A DNA stretch of 64,000 nucleotides from a virus, in IMG/VR virus record IMGVR_UViG_3300045995_000345, positions 9,025 to 73,024 of that record. One strand, written 5' to 3'. Positions 28,353 through 38,311 of this stretch are shown in pieces. Within the stretch, counting starts at the first letter, position 1; the number at the start of each line of letters is the position of its first letter. A model generated the notes under the pieces. That model was not told where the DNA came from, searched no databases, and saw nothing but the letters and a program-made list of their open reading frames with translations. The position numbers and the translations under genes are program-made.

Positions 28353-28390
28353 AAAACCCCGGCGCGACGCTTGTGACGCCGGCCGGGGCT
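28353..28390 (-). terminator. intrinsic terminator
   Basis: On the minus strand, a CCCCGG..GGCG/CGCCGGGG stem followed by TTTT. Confidence 0.6.
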
Positions 28391-28426
28391 GCGTAAGGGG
28401 GCAGGAGAGAGGGCAGCCCCCAAAAA

Positions 28427-28837
28427 TTAGGACGCCGACCAAGTGGTTCCGTCGATGCAGCGGTACGTCCGGGGAACTTTGGTGACGTGCGAGAAAGCTG
28501 CATCGGTGCTGCCGTCATTGATGTCTCCGCCGACGGGCGGGTACACCTTGAGGGTGCTTGCCGTTCCGTTGTAGAGGATGATCTCCAGGCCGGCGGAACC
28601 GGGCGGGAGAACCACTCCCTTGGTGTTATCGGCAGCCGTGACATCAATGATGCGCGCCGTGGTGGGGACGGCGGCGGCGTCAGCCTGCGTGCTGCCGGTT
28701 GCAGCCACGGTTCCAACCGTGCTGACCGGGGGAACGCTCTGGGTCACGGGGCCTTTGAAGACTCTCTGGCCACCCACGGTAACCTGGGGCACCTGGGTCG
28801 CGTAAGTCTGACTGGATGGGACTTGGGAATTTGCCAT
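28427..28837 (-). CDS. putative capsid decoration protein
   Basis: GVVLP..G.EI..YN.T..LKVYP..G..IN..DG.TW motif, common in phage structural proteins. Confidence 0.6.
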   Translation of the reverse strand: MANSQVPSSQTYATQVPQVTVGGQRVFKGPVTQSVPPVSTVGTVAATGSTQADAAAVPTTARIIDVTAADNTKGVVLPPGSAGLEIILYNGTASTLKVYPPVGGDINDGSTDAAFSHVTKVPRTYRCIDGTTWSAS

Positions 28838-28882
28838 AAACTGTGAGTGTCGAGTGTTGCTGTTGCTGTCTGTCGGGGTTGA

Positions 28883-29287
28883 TTACGGGATTGGTGCCCA
28901 TTCAGCGGGCAGGACCAGGTAGGAAACTCGGTTGGTGTCCGCCGCTTCAGTGCTGAAGATCGTGAACGAGACGCCATTCGTGATGTTGCCAGTCCATAAG
29001 ATCCCATTCGTAATGCTCCTACTCCCGGTTGCCTTGGAAAGCAGGATCATCGAATGCGTGTTCGTCACGTAGGACGATGCCACCACCACACCGCCGGTCG
29101 AAAGGATGGCCGTGCCGTACTCGGCATACTTCAGCCACGCCAGGCGGTTTGTGGTAACGGTGGAAGCTGCGAGCTTGCTCCGGATGGTTCCCAGCGAATC
29201 AGTGTTCCTGAACGGCTGGTCAGCAATCGCCAGTGCGAACATCGCCACCAGCGAGCAGAGGATAACGGCTGCGAGAAGTTTCTTCAT
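28883..29287 (-). CDS. signal-peptide-bearing beta protein
   Basis: MKKLLAAVILCSLVAMFALA leader; SFTIFSTEAADTNRVSYLV C-terminus. Confidence 0.6.
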   Translation of the reverse strand: MKKLLAAVILCSLVAMFALAIADQPFRNTDSLGTIRSKLAASTVTTNRLAWLKYAEYGTAILSTGGVVVASSYVTNTHSMILLSKATGSRSITNGILWTGNITNGVSFTIFSTEAADTNRVSYLVLPAEWAPIP

Positions 29288-29318
29288 GGTATCAGATGGG
29301 TTGGATCGTTGAGTTGGA

Positions 29319-29353
29319 ATCCGGCCGGAGGCTGCCTAAACACTCCGGCCGGA
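29319..29353. terminator. inverted repeat downstream of the MCP
   Basis: TCCGGCCGGAG...CTCCGGCCGGA. Confidence 0.45.
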
Positions 29354-29367
29354 CCACCATGCACCTG

Positions 29368-31158
29368 TTAGCTAATCTCACACCCCGGAACCGTGACGGT
29401 CGGGCACGAATCCGGGAAGTTCTCGATGATCGCGTGACGGTTCACGTTCCCAACCTGAACCTCAATCGTGCGGGAGTTCAGCTTGTAGTGATTGATGTTC
29501 GGATCGATCACGCAGTTGTAAATGTTGTCCGCCACGTTGGTCTGGCGCGTCACCGACCGGCTGCCCAGCACGCCGATGTTGATGTCCGACCAATCGATGA
29601 ACCACAGCGAACGCGCCCGGTTCTTGGTGGAGTTCAGCGTCGCGGAGGCGCCGATGCGATCGTCGAAGTACTGGTCCGTGAAGACCGCCCACTGCACGCC
29701 CTGATCCGGAAGGTCGTAGATGTCGTACTCGAACACGAACCGCTTGCTGACGGTGTCCACGATCTTCTGGTTCGGCTGCATCATGATGTTGATGTCCGCC
29801 GAACTGCGGGCCTTGTAGTACTTGATCATCAGATCCCGAATCTTGCCCTTGGTGAACCTGTCCGTGAACGAATCGATGACGGTGATGGACGAACCATCGT
29901 TCTCGCGCTCGCGCTTGAGCGAGTACACCAGCTCCATGATCGTGTCCGCGTTGAGGGCGACGCCTGCGCGGTCCGTGATCTTGGAACACTCGCCGAGCTG
30001 GGTCCGGATGCCGAGCGTGTTGGACTTGTACTCGAGCGTGCAGCCCGGGTTGGTGATGTCGTCCACCGTCGGGAGCGAAGTCCACGTCGAGACGGCCTGC
30101 AAGTTGGAGATGCGCTGGCCGTAGAAGATCGTGTTGTAGTACCAGAGCTGCATCAGGGCTTCCTGCTGCCGGCGCTGTTCCGCGATCGGGAGCGTGCGGA
30201 ATTTCTTGAAGAACTCGCTGGTCGCCGGGGCTTCGAGCGCTTTGAGGTACTCGTCGTTGTACTGGTGCGTCCAGCGATACGTCTGGCGCCAGTATTCAAT
30301 GAGGCCGAGGTTGTTGACGGCCGGCTGTTGGTAGCACCAGGCTTCCTTGTCGGACACGGAGTTGAGACCCAGCATGAGCGTGCCGATTTCGACGCGGACC
30401 TTGTGAGCGAGCGCCTGGGGGGAGGGAGATCCGGAGGTGTCGGCCACGTATGCAGTCCACGCGGAGGCCGTAGCTTCGTAGGATTGGAAGTCCACGGGGG
30501 CGACGGCGACGTAGCAGACGGTCGTGCTGCCAGACTTGCCAACGGCGGAAACCACACGGTAGGCGACGGGGCCAAGGGCGGCGTCGTAATTGCCGGCGGT
30601 CACGTAGGACTTCCAGGCGGCGCCCGCGTAGCGGTTCGTCGATTCGACGTAGAGGTACATCCCGGGCAGGAAGTACTTCTCGATGCTGGTGATGGCCGAG
30701 CCGAATCCGCCAGTGCTCGCGTTGACAGTGAGATACCAAGTGGTCGCTGGGAGCGTGGACGGCCAAGACTGGCCGCTGATCGGATCGGCCGGCTGCGTGG
30801 CCGTGCCTGCCGACACGAGGAAATAGCTGATGTTGACCTGGGACCGGCGCGGCACCAGCCGGTAGGGGGCGATGACGCTCTGGTTGGGGCCGGGCGACGC
30901 GGACTTCATCGGCACATGCCGGCTGATCAAGAGATCCATCAAGGACCGTTGGCGCGCACCCATCAACCGGGCCTCCTTGGTCTGGGCGATGATGCGGTCC
31001 ATGCCCACTTCCTTGAATTCTTGGGCGGAAAAATCGCTTTTGGTGAAGGGGCGGATGTCGGCGCGGGTCAGCGTGCAGCCGGTGCTGCCGTCAACTCCGA
31101 AAAAGAGGGGCGTGCAGTTGTCGGCGTTGAAACCAGGGAAAGCAACGTTTGAGGACAT
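29368..31158 (-). CDS. major capsid protein
   Basis: 596 aa, strongly biased codons, follows portal and scaffold. Confidence 0.75.
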   Translation of the reverse strand: MSSNVAFPGFNADNCTPLFFGVDGSTGCTLTRADIRPFTKSDFSAQEFKEVGMDRIIAQTKEARLMGARQRSLMDLLISRHVPMKSASPGPNQSVIAPYRLVPRRSQVNISYFLVSAGTATQPADPISGQSWPSTLPATTWYLTVNASTGGFGSAITSIEKYFLPGMYLYVESTNRYAGAAWKSYVTAGNYDAALGPVAYRVVSAVGKSGSTTVCYVAVAPVDFQSYEATASAWTAYVADTSGSPSPQALAHKVRVEIGTLMLGLNSVSDKEAWCYQQPAVNNLGLIEYWRQTYRWTHQYNDEYLKALEAPATSEFFKKFRTLPIAEQRRQQEALMQLWYYNTIFYGQRISNLQAVSTWTSLPTVDDITNPGCTLEYKSNTLGIRTQLGECSKITDRAGVALNADTIMELVYSLKRERENDGSSITVIDSFTDRFTKGKIRDLMIKYYKARSSADINIMMQPNQKIVDTVSKRFVFEYDIYDLPDQGVQWAVFTDQYFDDRIGASATLNSTKNRARSLWFIDWSDINIGVLGSRSVTRQTNVADNIYNCVIDPNINHYKLNSRTIEVQVGNVNRHAIIENFPDSCPTVTVPGCEIS

Positions 31159-31302
31159 AGGGTGAAGTTCGTTTTGTTCGATGTTCTTCTATCGCGATGC
31201 TATTCATCTGCAACGGAATGCGTATCTGCAAACAAAAGCCCCGTCTGACGCGATTTTCTTTCACGCCAGACGGGGTGCTGTCCCCGTGCCCGATTGGTCA
31301 GA

Positions 31303-32652
31303 TCACTTTTTCAGTTCTAGAGTGTCCAAAATCTCCCGTTGAAGCTCCGTAAGTTGTTGGGTTGCAGTTCCGTCAACGGCTCCAGGCGCGGCGCTCGGGA
31401 GAACGCGTGTTCCGGATGACTGAGGCAGTCCTTCTGCCTGTTTGGGTGCTGGAGTCACCTTAACCCTCGCGAAACCTCGCTTCACGGCGCGCTCTTCTTC
31501 AGTTTTGATGACGGTTTTCGCGTCGTTGATGGCTTGAACGCGCAACATTCGGAGCACGTCGTTGCTGGTGAGCGTCCAGTTGTTGGAAACCGACTTTCCA
31601 GACTGTTGCAGCTCCATCCATTTCCCGGGCGTGATGAACATCTTGCCGTCGCGCACCTTGGCGTCCCCTCCCTTGCGATCGAATATCTCCGCCTGGGTGG
31701 AAACGAACTGCATGAGGTAGTTGTGACGCTGGAACAGGTCTGGTTCCTTGGCTGGATCTGCAATTCGGTCCACGCCATGGATGAGTCGCAGGTAATCCGT
31801 CGCCAACTGGGATGCCGATTGGCGGAAGCTCTCGAATACCTCAGCCTCCAGTGGATCTTCGCTCTTGGTCTCGGCTGCCAGCTCTGTTTCAAACGTCCCA
31901 ACCTGCTTGTCGATCTGGGGTCTCACTCGCGCCTCGAGGGCGTCGCGCTCTGCTTTTTCGAGCCGGCCAGATTGAGCCTTGTCGCGTTCGGCCATCTTCA
32001 CTTCCGCGCGCGCGTCCGCGATTCGCTCGATGCGAACTCGTTCCCGGCTGCCGGACCAGTCCGGCTTGTTCTTGCCGAGAAACTCCATGAACTGGGGATC
32101 GTTCTCGTCAAACGTGCGGTCTGAGTCCCCCTCATGTTCCTTCACCCACACGTCCATCTTCTTGTAGAACCCGGTGAGCTTGTCCTTCAGCCCTTTGAAC
32201 TTGGGATCGAACTTCTCGGCGTACTCCGCGTCGGCAATCTCCTCAGTCTGCTCCGGGGACATCGCCTCGCCAGCCGATGGCGCGACTGCCTCCTCTTTCT
32301 TCGGCGGCAGCGCCTCTGCTGTCTTGGGAGGAAGGGGAGGTGCCTGGCCGCTCCGGTTCAGCTCCTCCATCTTCTTCGCAAAGACATCCTCCGCGATGGC
32401 CCTTGGATCCTGGCGTTGCTTGGTGGTGACCTTGGGCGCTGGAGGGGGTGTCTCTTCAGCGGGCTTGATGACTGGCGGGGCCTCTGCGGGAGTCCCGTCG
32501 TCCTTCTGCCTCTCGGCTGCGATCACAATGCTGAGGTCGTCAGCAAGTGCGCCCAGTAGCGGATCATCTACGATCCGTGGTATTTTCTCTTCTGCTGCGG
32601 GCGGTGCGCCCGGTGCCTCCGCTTTCGCGGGCGGCGTGCTCTCTCCTGCCAT
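31303..32652 (-). CDS. scaffolding protein
   Basis: Charged, Pro/Ala-rich helical protein between portal and MCP. Confidence 0.65.
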   Translation of the reverse strand: MAGESTPPAKAEAPGAPPAAEEKIPRIVDDPLLGALADDLSIVIAAERQKDDGTPAEAPPVIKPAEETPPPAPKVTTKQRQDPRAIAEDVFAKKMEELNRSGQAPPLPPKTAEALPPKKEEAVAPSAGEAMSPEQTEEIADAEYAEKFDPKFKGLKDKLTGFYKKMDVWVKEHEGDSDRTFDENDPQFMEFLGKNKPDWSGSRERVRIERIADARAEVKMAERDKAQSGRLEKAERDALEARVRPQIDKQVGTFETELAAETKSEDPLEAEVFESFRQSASQLATDYLRLIHGVDRIADPAKEPDLFQRHNYLMQFVSTQAEIFDRKGGDAKVRDGKMFITPGKWMELQQSGKSVSNNWTLTSNDVLRMLRVQAINDAKTVIKTEEERAVKRGFARVKVTPAPKQAEGLPQSSGTRVLPSAAPGAVDGTATQQLTELQREILDTLELKK

Positions 32653-32655
32653 AAA

Positions 32656-34896
32656 TTACTGCGTCGGTAACTGCGCCTGCTCCACGCCCACAGGCGGCCC
32701 TTGCGGGGCCATGGGTGCCTGCGGCTGCGGCGGCAACACCATCATGGCGTCCTGGCCTGGCGGCGGCTCAATGAGCACGTCGGCCCCGGCGCCCGACTGA
32801 CGGACGATGGAGTTAAGCACGTCGGCGAGCTGGCCCTTGGTGACCATGGCCATGGCTGCCGGCTGCATGAGGACACCCAACATCTGGACCAGCGTTTGGG
32901 CAGCCTGAATGTTGCTCGATCGTTCCGACCCGTCCCGAGAGTTGAAGATGTACTCCGCCGAGAGCTTGGCCTTGCTGCCGGTAACCACGAAATGCGTCCG
33001 GTCAGTGCCTGGGGCCATCTCTTCTTCATCCGTGACCCGAAATCCTGCCAGTTCTGCGGTCTTCCGGCGATAACGGGCGATGACCGGAAGGGAAATCTCG
33101 TCTTCACCGCACGAAAGCAGGGCGTTGTAGAGATAACGCTTCAAGGCGGCGCGGCCCGCATCGATGGAGTCCGAGATCATCTGGTAGAGGTTCTCGGTTG
33201 TGCCGGCGATCACCTGAATCTCCGTCGCCGAAGTCTCGCGCGGACTCAGTTGGGCCTGTTCCTGGGGGGACATAGCCATTACGCGTTCGGTGATAGCAAG
33301 CACCTGGGAGATGCAGTTCAGCAACACGTTGATCTGCGTGTTGGGCGTCTGGCGGATGACCTTGAACACGTTGTCCAAGTCAACGCCAAGCTCCTTCATC
33401 TTGATGATACTCACCTCCAGCATGGAGATGGTCGTCCAGAAGTTCTCGCTCCTGAATGCGGCCCTGAATTCTTTCAGCACCTTCTGGGCGTTCTCATCTG
33501 CGGTTGGGAACGCATCGATGTTGAGCACGGCAATCCCGAACAGGTCGCGCCGAGCGCATTCGAGAAGCTGCGTGAACAGGTTCGTGAGCTGGTCCTGCCA
33601 CGGCAGAAGCTCGTGCGCCATGCTCAGGTTGTTCTGCCTCTGAGCTGACGTGTTGTGCGTGAAAACGAATCCTGGGCAGTCGGGCATGAACTCAGCCGCC
33701 ACAACGGTCCGGCTGTTGGCGATAACCAGGTGGAGCCACACCGGGAACGGGTACCGTCCCATCCGCCATTGGTTGGGTTTGATCTTCCAGTAGAGGTGCG
33801 TCAGATAAACCGCCGCGTCCCGCTGGGATGAGGAGTACCTACCAATGTTGGCCTTGCGATCGTTTTCGCTGGCCAGAGTTGGGTCGCTCTGGGGAGCCGT
33901 CACCGTCGTGTAATACTGGGAGAAGTAGCTGCTGTAGCTGCCCATCCAGTTCATGGACACTTCGCCGAAGCTGAGTTCGGAACGGTTGAACATGTCCGCG
34001 TTGTCGGCTACCTGACCGTAACGGACAACGTCCCAGAACCCGAACCACTCGCAGCCCGTGTCGCTGTTGATGCTGTGAATGGGGTGGGCGCTGTCGTAAA
34101 TAACCCGGCTGGGATGCGGAGCCACCAAGGGCACTCCCTGGCGTTTGATCCGGCTCTGAATGATCGGTTCTCCGTCCTCTCCCAACTGGAATTCCGGCGC
34201 CGTTCCATCGTCGGCCGAAACCCATTCGGACTCGCGATCCCAGACGCACGCCGGGAACACCACGCAGTAGGGGTACAGGAGCATGTCCCGAATCCACTGG
34301 ATCTGAGCCTCCCGGTAGCCGTACTGGTCCGCCATAATGTCCTGGCGCTGGGATGTGAGGTCCGCCCGAAGCTTGTCCGCCTCGCCGGTGCCGCGCGTCT
34401 CGTAACGGAAGAACGGGTAGAGGTTCGTGAACCTGGCAGACTGGGCAGCCACGCGCCGGGTAATCACTGAGCGGACGATGTTGACGTTTACCTCCGAGAA
34501 CTTGGGCAGCTCGATGTACTGCTGCTTCTTGTCGGGACTGTTCTTGACGTACTCATCCTTGCATCCCAGCGAATTCAGGGCAGTGATGCACGCTTCGATA
34601 CCGATGCGCCGCTGGGCGTAGAGGACAAGGGGAATGGTGCGACGCGTGATGGTGGACGAATCCCACGCGAGATCCACGGCGGCGAACAGGTGCGAATTCT
34701 TCAGCGTTTGCAGAATGGCGTCATCGATTCGACTGCCAATGAGATCCTCAATGCGGCGGCGCATCTCGCAGTCTAACCGTGCTTCCTCGCGCTCCTTGTC
34801 GCTCGCATCAAGCGCGGCCGGCTTCGCTGTGAACAGCTCTTGGAGTCGCTTCTGGCTGGTTCCCAGCTTTTCGAGCAGCGCATAATTTAGCGGCAT
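32656..34896 (-). CDS. portal protein (P22-like)
   Basis: 746 aa; RETSATEIQ motif; Q/P-rich C-terminal tail. Confidence 0.8.
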   Translation of the reverse strand: MPLNYALLEKLGTSQKRLQELFTAKPAALDASDKEREEARLDCEMRRRIEDLIGSRIDDAILQTLKNSHLFAAVDLAWDSSTITRRTIPLVLYAQRRIGIEACITALNSLGCKDEYVKNSPDKKQQYIELPKFSEVNVNIVRSVITRRVAAQSARFTNLYPFFRYETRGTGEADKLRADLTSQRQDIMADQYGYREAQIQWIRDMLLYPYCVVFPACVWDRESEWVSADDGTAPEFQLGEDGEPIIQSRIKRQGVPLVAPHPSRVIYDSAHPIHSINSDTGCEWFGFWDVVRYGQVADNADMFNRSELSFGEVSMNWMGSYSSYFSQYYTTVTAPQSDPTLASENDRKANIGRYSSSQRDAAVYLTHLYWKIKPNQWRMGRYPFPVWLHLVIANSRTVVAAEFMPDCPGFVFTHNTSAQRQNNLSMAHELLPWQDQLTNLFTQLLECARRDLFGIAVLNIDAFPTADENAQKVLKEFRAAFRSENFWTTISMLEVSIIKMKELGVDLDNVFKVIRQTPNTQINVLLNCISQVLAITERVMAMSPQEQAQLSPRETSATEIQVIAGTTENLYQMISDSIDAGRAALKRYLYNALLSCGEDEISLPVIARYRRKTAELAGFRVTDEEEMAPGTDRTHFVVTGSKAKLSAEYIFNSRDGSERSSNIQAAQTLVQMLGVLMQPAAMAMVTKGQLADVLNSIVRQSGAGADVLIEPPPGQDAMMVLPPQPQAPMAPQGPPVGVEQAQLPTQ

Positions 34897-35149
34897 AGTC
34901 GGCCTTGTCTTTTCGGAATTGAGTCTCCCTCATCAAGAACAGGAGGGCAGCGTGTGGGGGGATGTGATTATCCTTGATCCACCGATCGATGGTGATGGAC
35001 GGAACGCAGCACATGGCCCCGAGAACGTAACGGTTTTCCTGAACGAACTCGCAGCACTTCTCAAAGCGTTCCTTGGTCCACCCGGAGGTGACGCCGAGAT
35101 CCCGGTAAACTCTGAAGAACTGGTAAACACGAGGGTTGCGGACTTTCAG
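34808..35149 (-). CDS. HTH-like protein, probable CTG start or frameshift
   Basis: Frame stays protein-like upstream of the ATG at 35014 (KVRNPRVYQFFRVYRDLGVTSGWTKERFEKCC); CTG at 35149-35147 lies just after the upstream stop. Confidence 0.5.
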   Translation of the reverse strand: MKVRNPRVYQFFRVYRDLGVTSGWTKERFEKCCEFVQENRYVLGAMCCVPSITIDRWIKDNHIPPHAALLFLMRETQFRKDKADYAAKLCAARKAGNQPEATPRAVHSEAGRA

Positions 35150-35157
35150 TGTGCGGT

Positions 35158-35448
35158 CTAGCTCTTCTTCATCATTGCGGCCATGACTGCGGGCATTGCG
35201 CCTCCTTCGGAAGCCCCACTTTCTTCCGCCGTCATCGATTCCCCCATGGCTCCAGCCTCCTCTTCGGTCTCCGGCGGTTCCTCCATGATGCTGGCGCTTT
35301 CGACGGAGAAGACGGCTTGATCCCCGGCGACTTCGTCCAGGGAGGCTTCCACCTCGAATGTGGCCTTGTCGTTGGGGGCCAGTTTGGAGAGCTTTTCCTT
35401 CAGGTCCGGGTTGCCTGAGATCCCGAGAACGAGTTTGTTGGTGTTCAT
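35158..35448 (-). CDS. acidic hypothetical protein
   Basis: MNTNKLVLGISGNPDL... with a Glu-rich tail; the ORF track starts it at 35526. Confidence 0.55.
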   Translation of the reverse strand: MNTNKLVLGISGNPDLKEKLSKLAPNDKATFEVEASLDEVAGDQAVFSVESASIMEEPPETEEEAGAMGESMTAEESGASEGGAMPAVMAAMMKKS

Positions 35449-35544
35449 CGCTGTTTGATGTGCTACCATTTTCTTAGTTTCAATCCGCGCCCGTCTCTCA
35501 ACCGGGCGATGGGGCCACGATGCCATCCAACCAACGCCTAGTCA

Positions 35545-37119
35545 ATGCCCACCGACAAACTCACGGAAATCGAGATCGACACGTTCGCCTCGTTGGATGA
35601 AGTGGAGCAGGGCGATTGGAGGCGATCTCCGATCGATTACGAACCCGATCACAAGCCCCGACCCACCAAGACCGAGCCCTGGGAGCCGGACCTTAATCCA
35701 ACCCAGAAACTCGCTTTCGATGATCCCACCAAGTTCATCTTGATGGCTGGTGAGAAGTTCAGCGGAAAGTCGATCGGGGCGGAGCACAAACTGGTCCGGC
35801 ATTGTTACGAGAACTGGGACGCGCTTGGGTTGGTGTTCACGCCCTCAATCCGCACAGGAAAGTTTGGCGTGATGGCTGACCTTGAAACTCTGATCCTGCC
35901 ATCCTGGGAGGAGGGCATAGGATTGGAGTGGAAACCCAGCCGGCTGGATCCAAGCACCAAGGATAGGGTGATGAAAGTGGGCAACCGGTTCGGAGGTTGG
36001 TCCACGATCCTGCAAATCTCGATCCCCTACGAAGAGGCCATCGCCTCGCGCATCAAGGGCGTTGCGCCTTCCTTCATTTTGGGAGACGAGCTTACGGACT
36101 GCGATGGGCGCAAGTATTTCTCAACGATGGTGAGCCAGCTTGGCAGGCGGCGCAACATCACGGGACCTCAGCAATTCGTTGGGACGTGCAACCCCAAAGG
36201 CCCAAGCAACTGGGTTTACAAGGTCTGGTTTGAGGAACCGGTTGATCACGTCACAGGTGTTTCAAATCCTAATTTCAAGGTTTACCACGTTCCGTTCACT
36301 GAGAACTCCCACCGCCCGGAAGCCACCGAGTACATCGCGACCTTGCTGGAGGCGGTGAGGTACGACCCAATCGAGAAGGCGCGCCTGGTTGACGGCAAGT
36401 GGATCGAGATGCCCACTGGAGATTCTCTGTTCCGGGAACACTTCAAATCCACGGAGCATGTCGTTGGCAACTCAGCCTTGGGAACCGGCATTGTTCCCAA
36501 CCCAGCCTTCCCGTGTTACGTCGGCTACGACTTGGGGCAGGTTTACAGCGCGGCGGTGTTCCTTCAGCTTGTCCCCACAAATCAGGGTGACGTGTGGACC
36601 GTGTTCGACGAGATCGTTCACCTGCGGGAGAAGATCCTCTACAAGAACATGGCCAAAGAAGTGGTTGACCAGATGCTTCTCTGGAACAAGGCGCTTGGGC
36701 GAAACCTCGCCTGGGAACACATCGCGGACGATTCAGCCATCAACCAGTGGCGCCCGGGGTCTGGCTCTTACGATGCCTGGGAATTCGAGCGGGAGTTCAA
36801 CAAGGCCGCTCTGGTGCATGGGTTGCAAGAGATGCGTATGATTGGCTGCCCGAAGGGACCGGGGAGCGTTGGGGCTAGGACACGCATTGGCAAGGCTCTA
36901 CTGATGGCGGATCGCATCCTGATTTCGGACATCTGCGACCGGGTGAAGGACATGTTCCTGATGATCGAATCCGAGAAGGATGACCCAACCAAACCGAAGA
37001 AGACTGTCGCCGGCCACATCCATGTCTGGGACGCCCTGTCCTATCCACTGCTCAAGTATGAACTGAAAGGCGGAGCCTCAGTTGGCCCCGCCGTGCTTTC
37101 GTTCTCCCAAGGGAGATAG
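35545..37119 (+). CDS. terL: terminase large subunit
   Basis: Walker A GEKFSGKS, Walker B GDELTD, motif C GTCNP, nuclease GYDLG and HVWDALSY. Confidence 0.9.
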   Translation: MPTDKLTEIEIDTFASLDEVEQGDWRRSPIDYEPDHKPRPTKTEPWEPDLNPTQKLAFDDPTKFILMAGEKFSGKSIGAEHKLVRHCYENWDALGLVFTPSIRTGKFGVMADLETLILPSWEEGIGLEWKPSRLDPSTKDRVMKVGNRFGGWSTILQISIPYEEAIASRIKGVAPSFILGDELTDCDGRKYFSTMVSQLGRRRNITGPQQFVGTCNPKGPSNWVYKVWFEEPVDHVTGVSNPNFKVYHVPFTENSHRPEATEYIATLLEAVRYDPIEKARLVDGKWIEMPTGDSLFREHFKSTEHVVGNSALGTGIVPNPAFPCYVGYDLGQVYSAAVFLQLVPTNQGDVWTVFDEIVHLREKILYKNMAKEVVDQMLLWNKALGRNLAWEHIADDSAINQWRPGSGSYDAWEFEREFNKAALVHGLQEMRMIGCPKGPGSVGARTRIGKALLMADRILISDICDRVKDMFLMIESEKDDPTKPKKTVAGHIHVWDALSYPLLKYELKGGASVGPAVLSFSQGR

Positions 37120-37140
37120 AAACTCAGTTTCTAAGACGGA

Positions 37141-37245
37141 TCACTTGGCGTATTCCACTTGGGGAAGTTCAATTTGGACTTTCGGCTGAGGCGCCGCGCA
37201 CCCGGACAGGAGTGCTACGGCGACAATTGCGAGGAGGCGTCTCAT
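37141..37245 (-). CDS. small lipoprotein (34 aa, possible o-spanin)
   Basis: MRRLLAIVAVALLSGCAAPQPKVQIELPQVEYAK with lipobox LSGC; ATGA overlap. Confidence 0.6.
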   Translation of the reverse strand: MRRLLAIVAVALLSGCAAPQPKVQIELPQVEYAK

Positions 37246-37685
37246 ATTGTGAGGATAAACAGACTGCGGCGTTCCTGTTCGCTCATCGTGAATTCCATCT
37301 GTGTCTGCGGCTCCCACTCGACGATTACGGCTACGCCGTTACGCTCGACAATCACCGGATTGATCTCGTGCCGCTCCCCATCGTCCCGGTCGTAGATGCA
37401 CCACCCGAACGGAAGCCCGGTCGCCCCGGCGGTTGGTGTCCGGCCGTGCATCGCCGCCGCCTGAGACCACGAGTGCCGCGCGAACTTGTCGCAGTCCCGC
37501 TTGTTCTCCTGGAAGAAGTCGATCCCCATCGCCGCCATGTTCCGACCGAATGCCGGAGCGAACACGTTGACGAGCCACGCCTCAGTCGGGACCTGATAGG
37601 CGGAGTCCAACAGGACGAAGCCGCGCTCCGGCTCCTGGTAGCGCCGGACCAGCATCTCTCCGAGCTGTTGGGTGGTGAGGATCAT
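37242..37685 (-). CDS. papain/transglutaminase-like cysteine protease (Agglutinin_C-like)
   Basis: DCDKFA, HEIN and WEPQT motifs; ATGA overlap at 37682-37685. Confidence 0.6.
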   Translation of the reverse strand: MILTTQQLGEMLVRRYQEPERGFVLLDSAYQVPTEAWLVNVFAPAFGRNMAAMGIDFFQENKRDCDKFARHSWSQAAAMHGRTPTAGATGLPFGWCIYDRDDGERHEINPVIVERNGVAVIVEWEPQTQMEFTMSEQERRSLFILTI

Positions 37686-37873
37686 TGCGGCTTCGGAGGC
37701 AGCGGGCCGTGAACCTTCCACGCGGGAGATGCGAACATGGCGTTCTTCGCAGCATCAAACGCTGCCACCTGTTCCGGCGTCCATTCGTTGGTTCGCACGG
37801 CTTCGTTGCGAATATCCGTAGCTACCTTGATCAACGAGGGCAGCATTCCCATAATCATCATGGCGAGTTCCAT
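37682..37873 (-). CDS. hypothetical protein
   Basis: 63 aa, coupled within the cassette. Confidence 0.55.
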   Translation of the reverse strand: MELAMMIMGMLPSLIKVATDIRNEAVRTNEWTPEQVAAFDAAKNAMFASPAWKVHGPLPPKPQ

Positions 37874-37876
37874 AGG

Positions 37877-38311
37877 TCACTTCACTTTCTTTTGTTGGGC
37901 TTGGGCTTCGGCGAGATGTTTCGTGGTTTCGTCGATGCCGGTTTGGAGGACTGCTAACGCGGTCAACAGGCTGGCTTTGTTGTCAATCGTTCGGTTGGCC
38001 CGATAAGCGTCAACAAGTGCCTGAGCCGTGTTGATCCATCCGGGTGCGTCTTGGCGAACATTGTCAGCGGCCGTGCGAACAGCCTGTCCGAGTTCTCCAT
38101 TCTTGTTGTGGGCGTCCTCGTAATTAACGAAGGTGTCCGTCACGGACTTGCCAATGGCGAGCGTCTGTTCGGCGCGAATCAGCACAGGGTCGCCGTGCAG
38201 GTTGGCGCAGCCAGACGAACACCCCGCGACAATGCCGACGGGCGCGATGTAGGTGAGTGGGATGATGACGGCCAGAATAACGGCCCCAAAGAGTGATCTG
38301 ATTTTGTTCAT
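37877..38311 (-). CDS. membrane-anchored/lipoprotein (spanin-like)
   Basis: N-terminal hydrophobic segment, VAGC and SGC, helical body. Confidence 0.55.
   Translation of the reverse strand: MNKIRSLFGAVILAVIIPLTYIAPVGIVAGCSSGCANLHGDPVLIRAEQTLAIGKSVTDTFVNYEDAHNKNGELGQAVRTAADNVRQDAPGWINTAQALVDAYRANRTIDNKASLLTALAVLQTGIDETTKHLAEAQAQQKKVK

Noticed and set aside
29296-31152. 618 aa plus-strand ORF (also 4748-6226, 25464-26687 and 32701-33648)
   Set aside because: These are antisense shadows of codon-biased, GC-rich genes and have non-protein-like composition.
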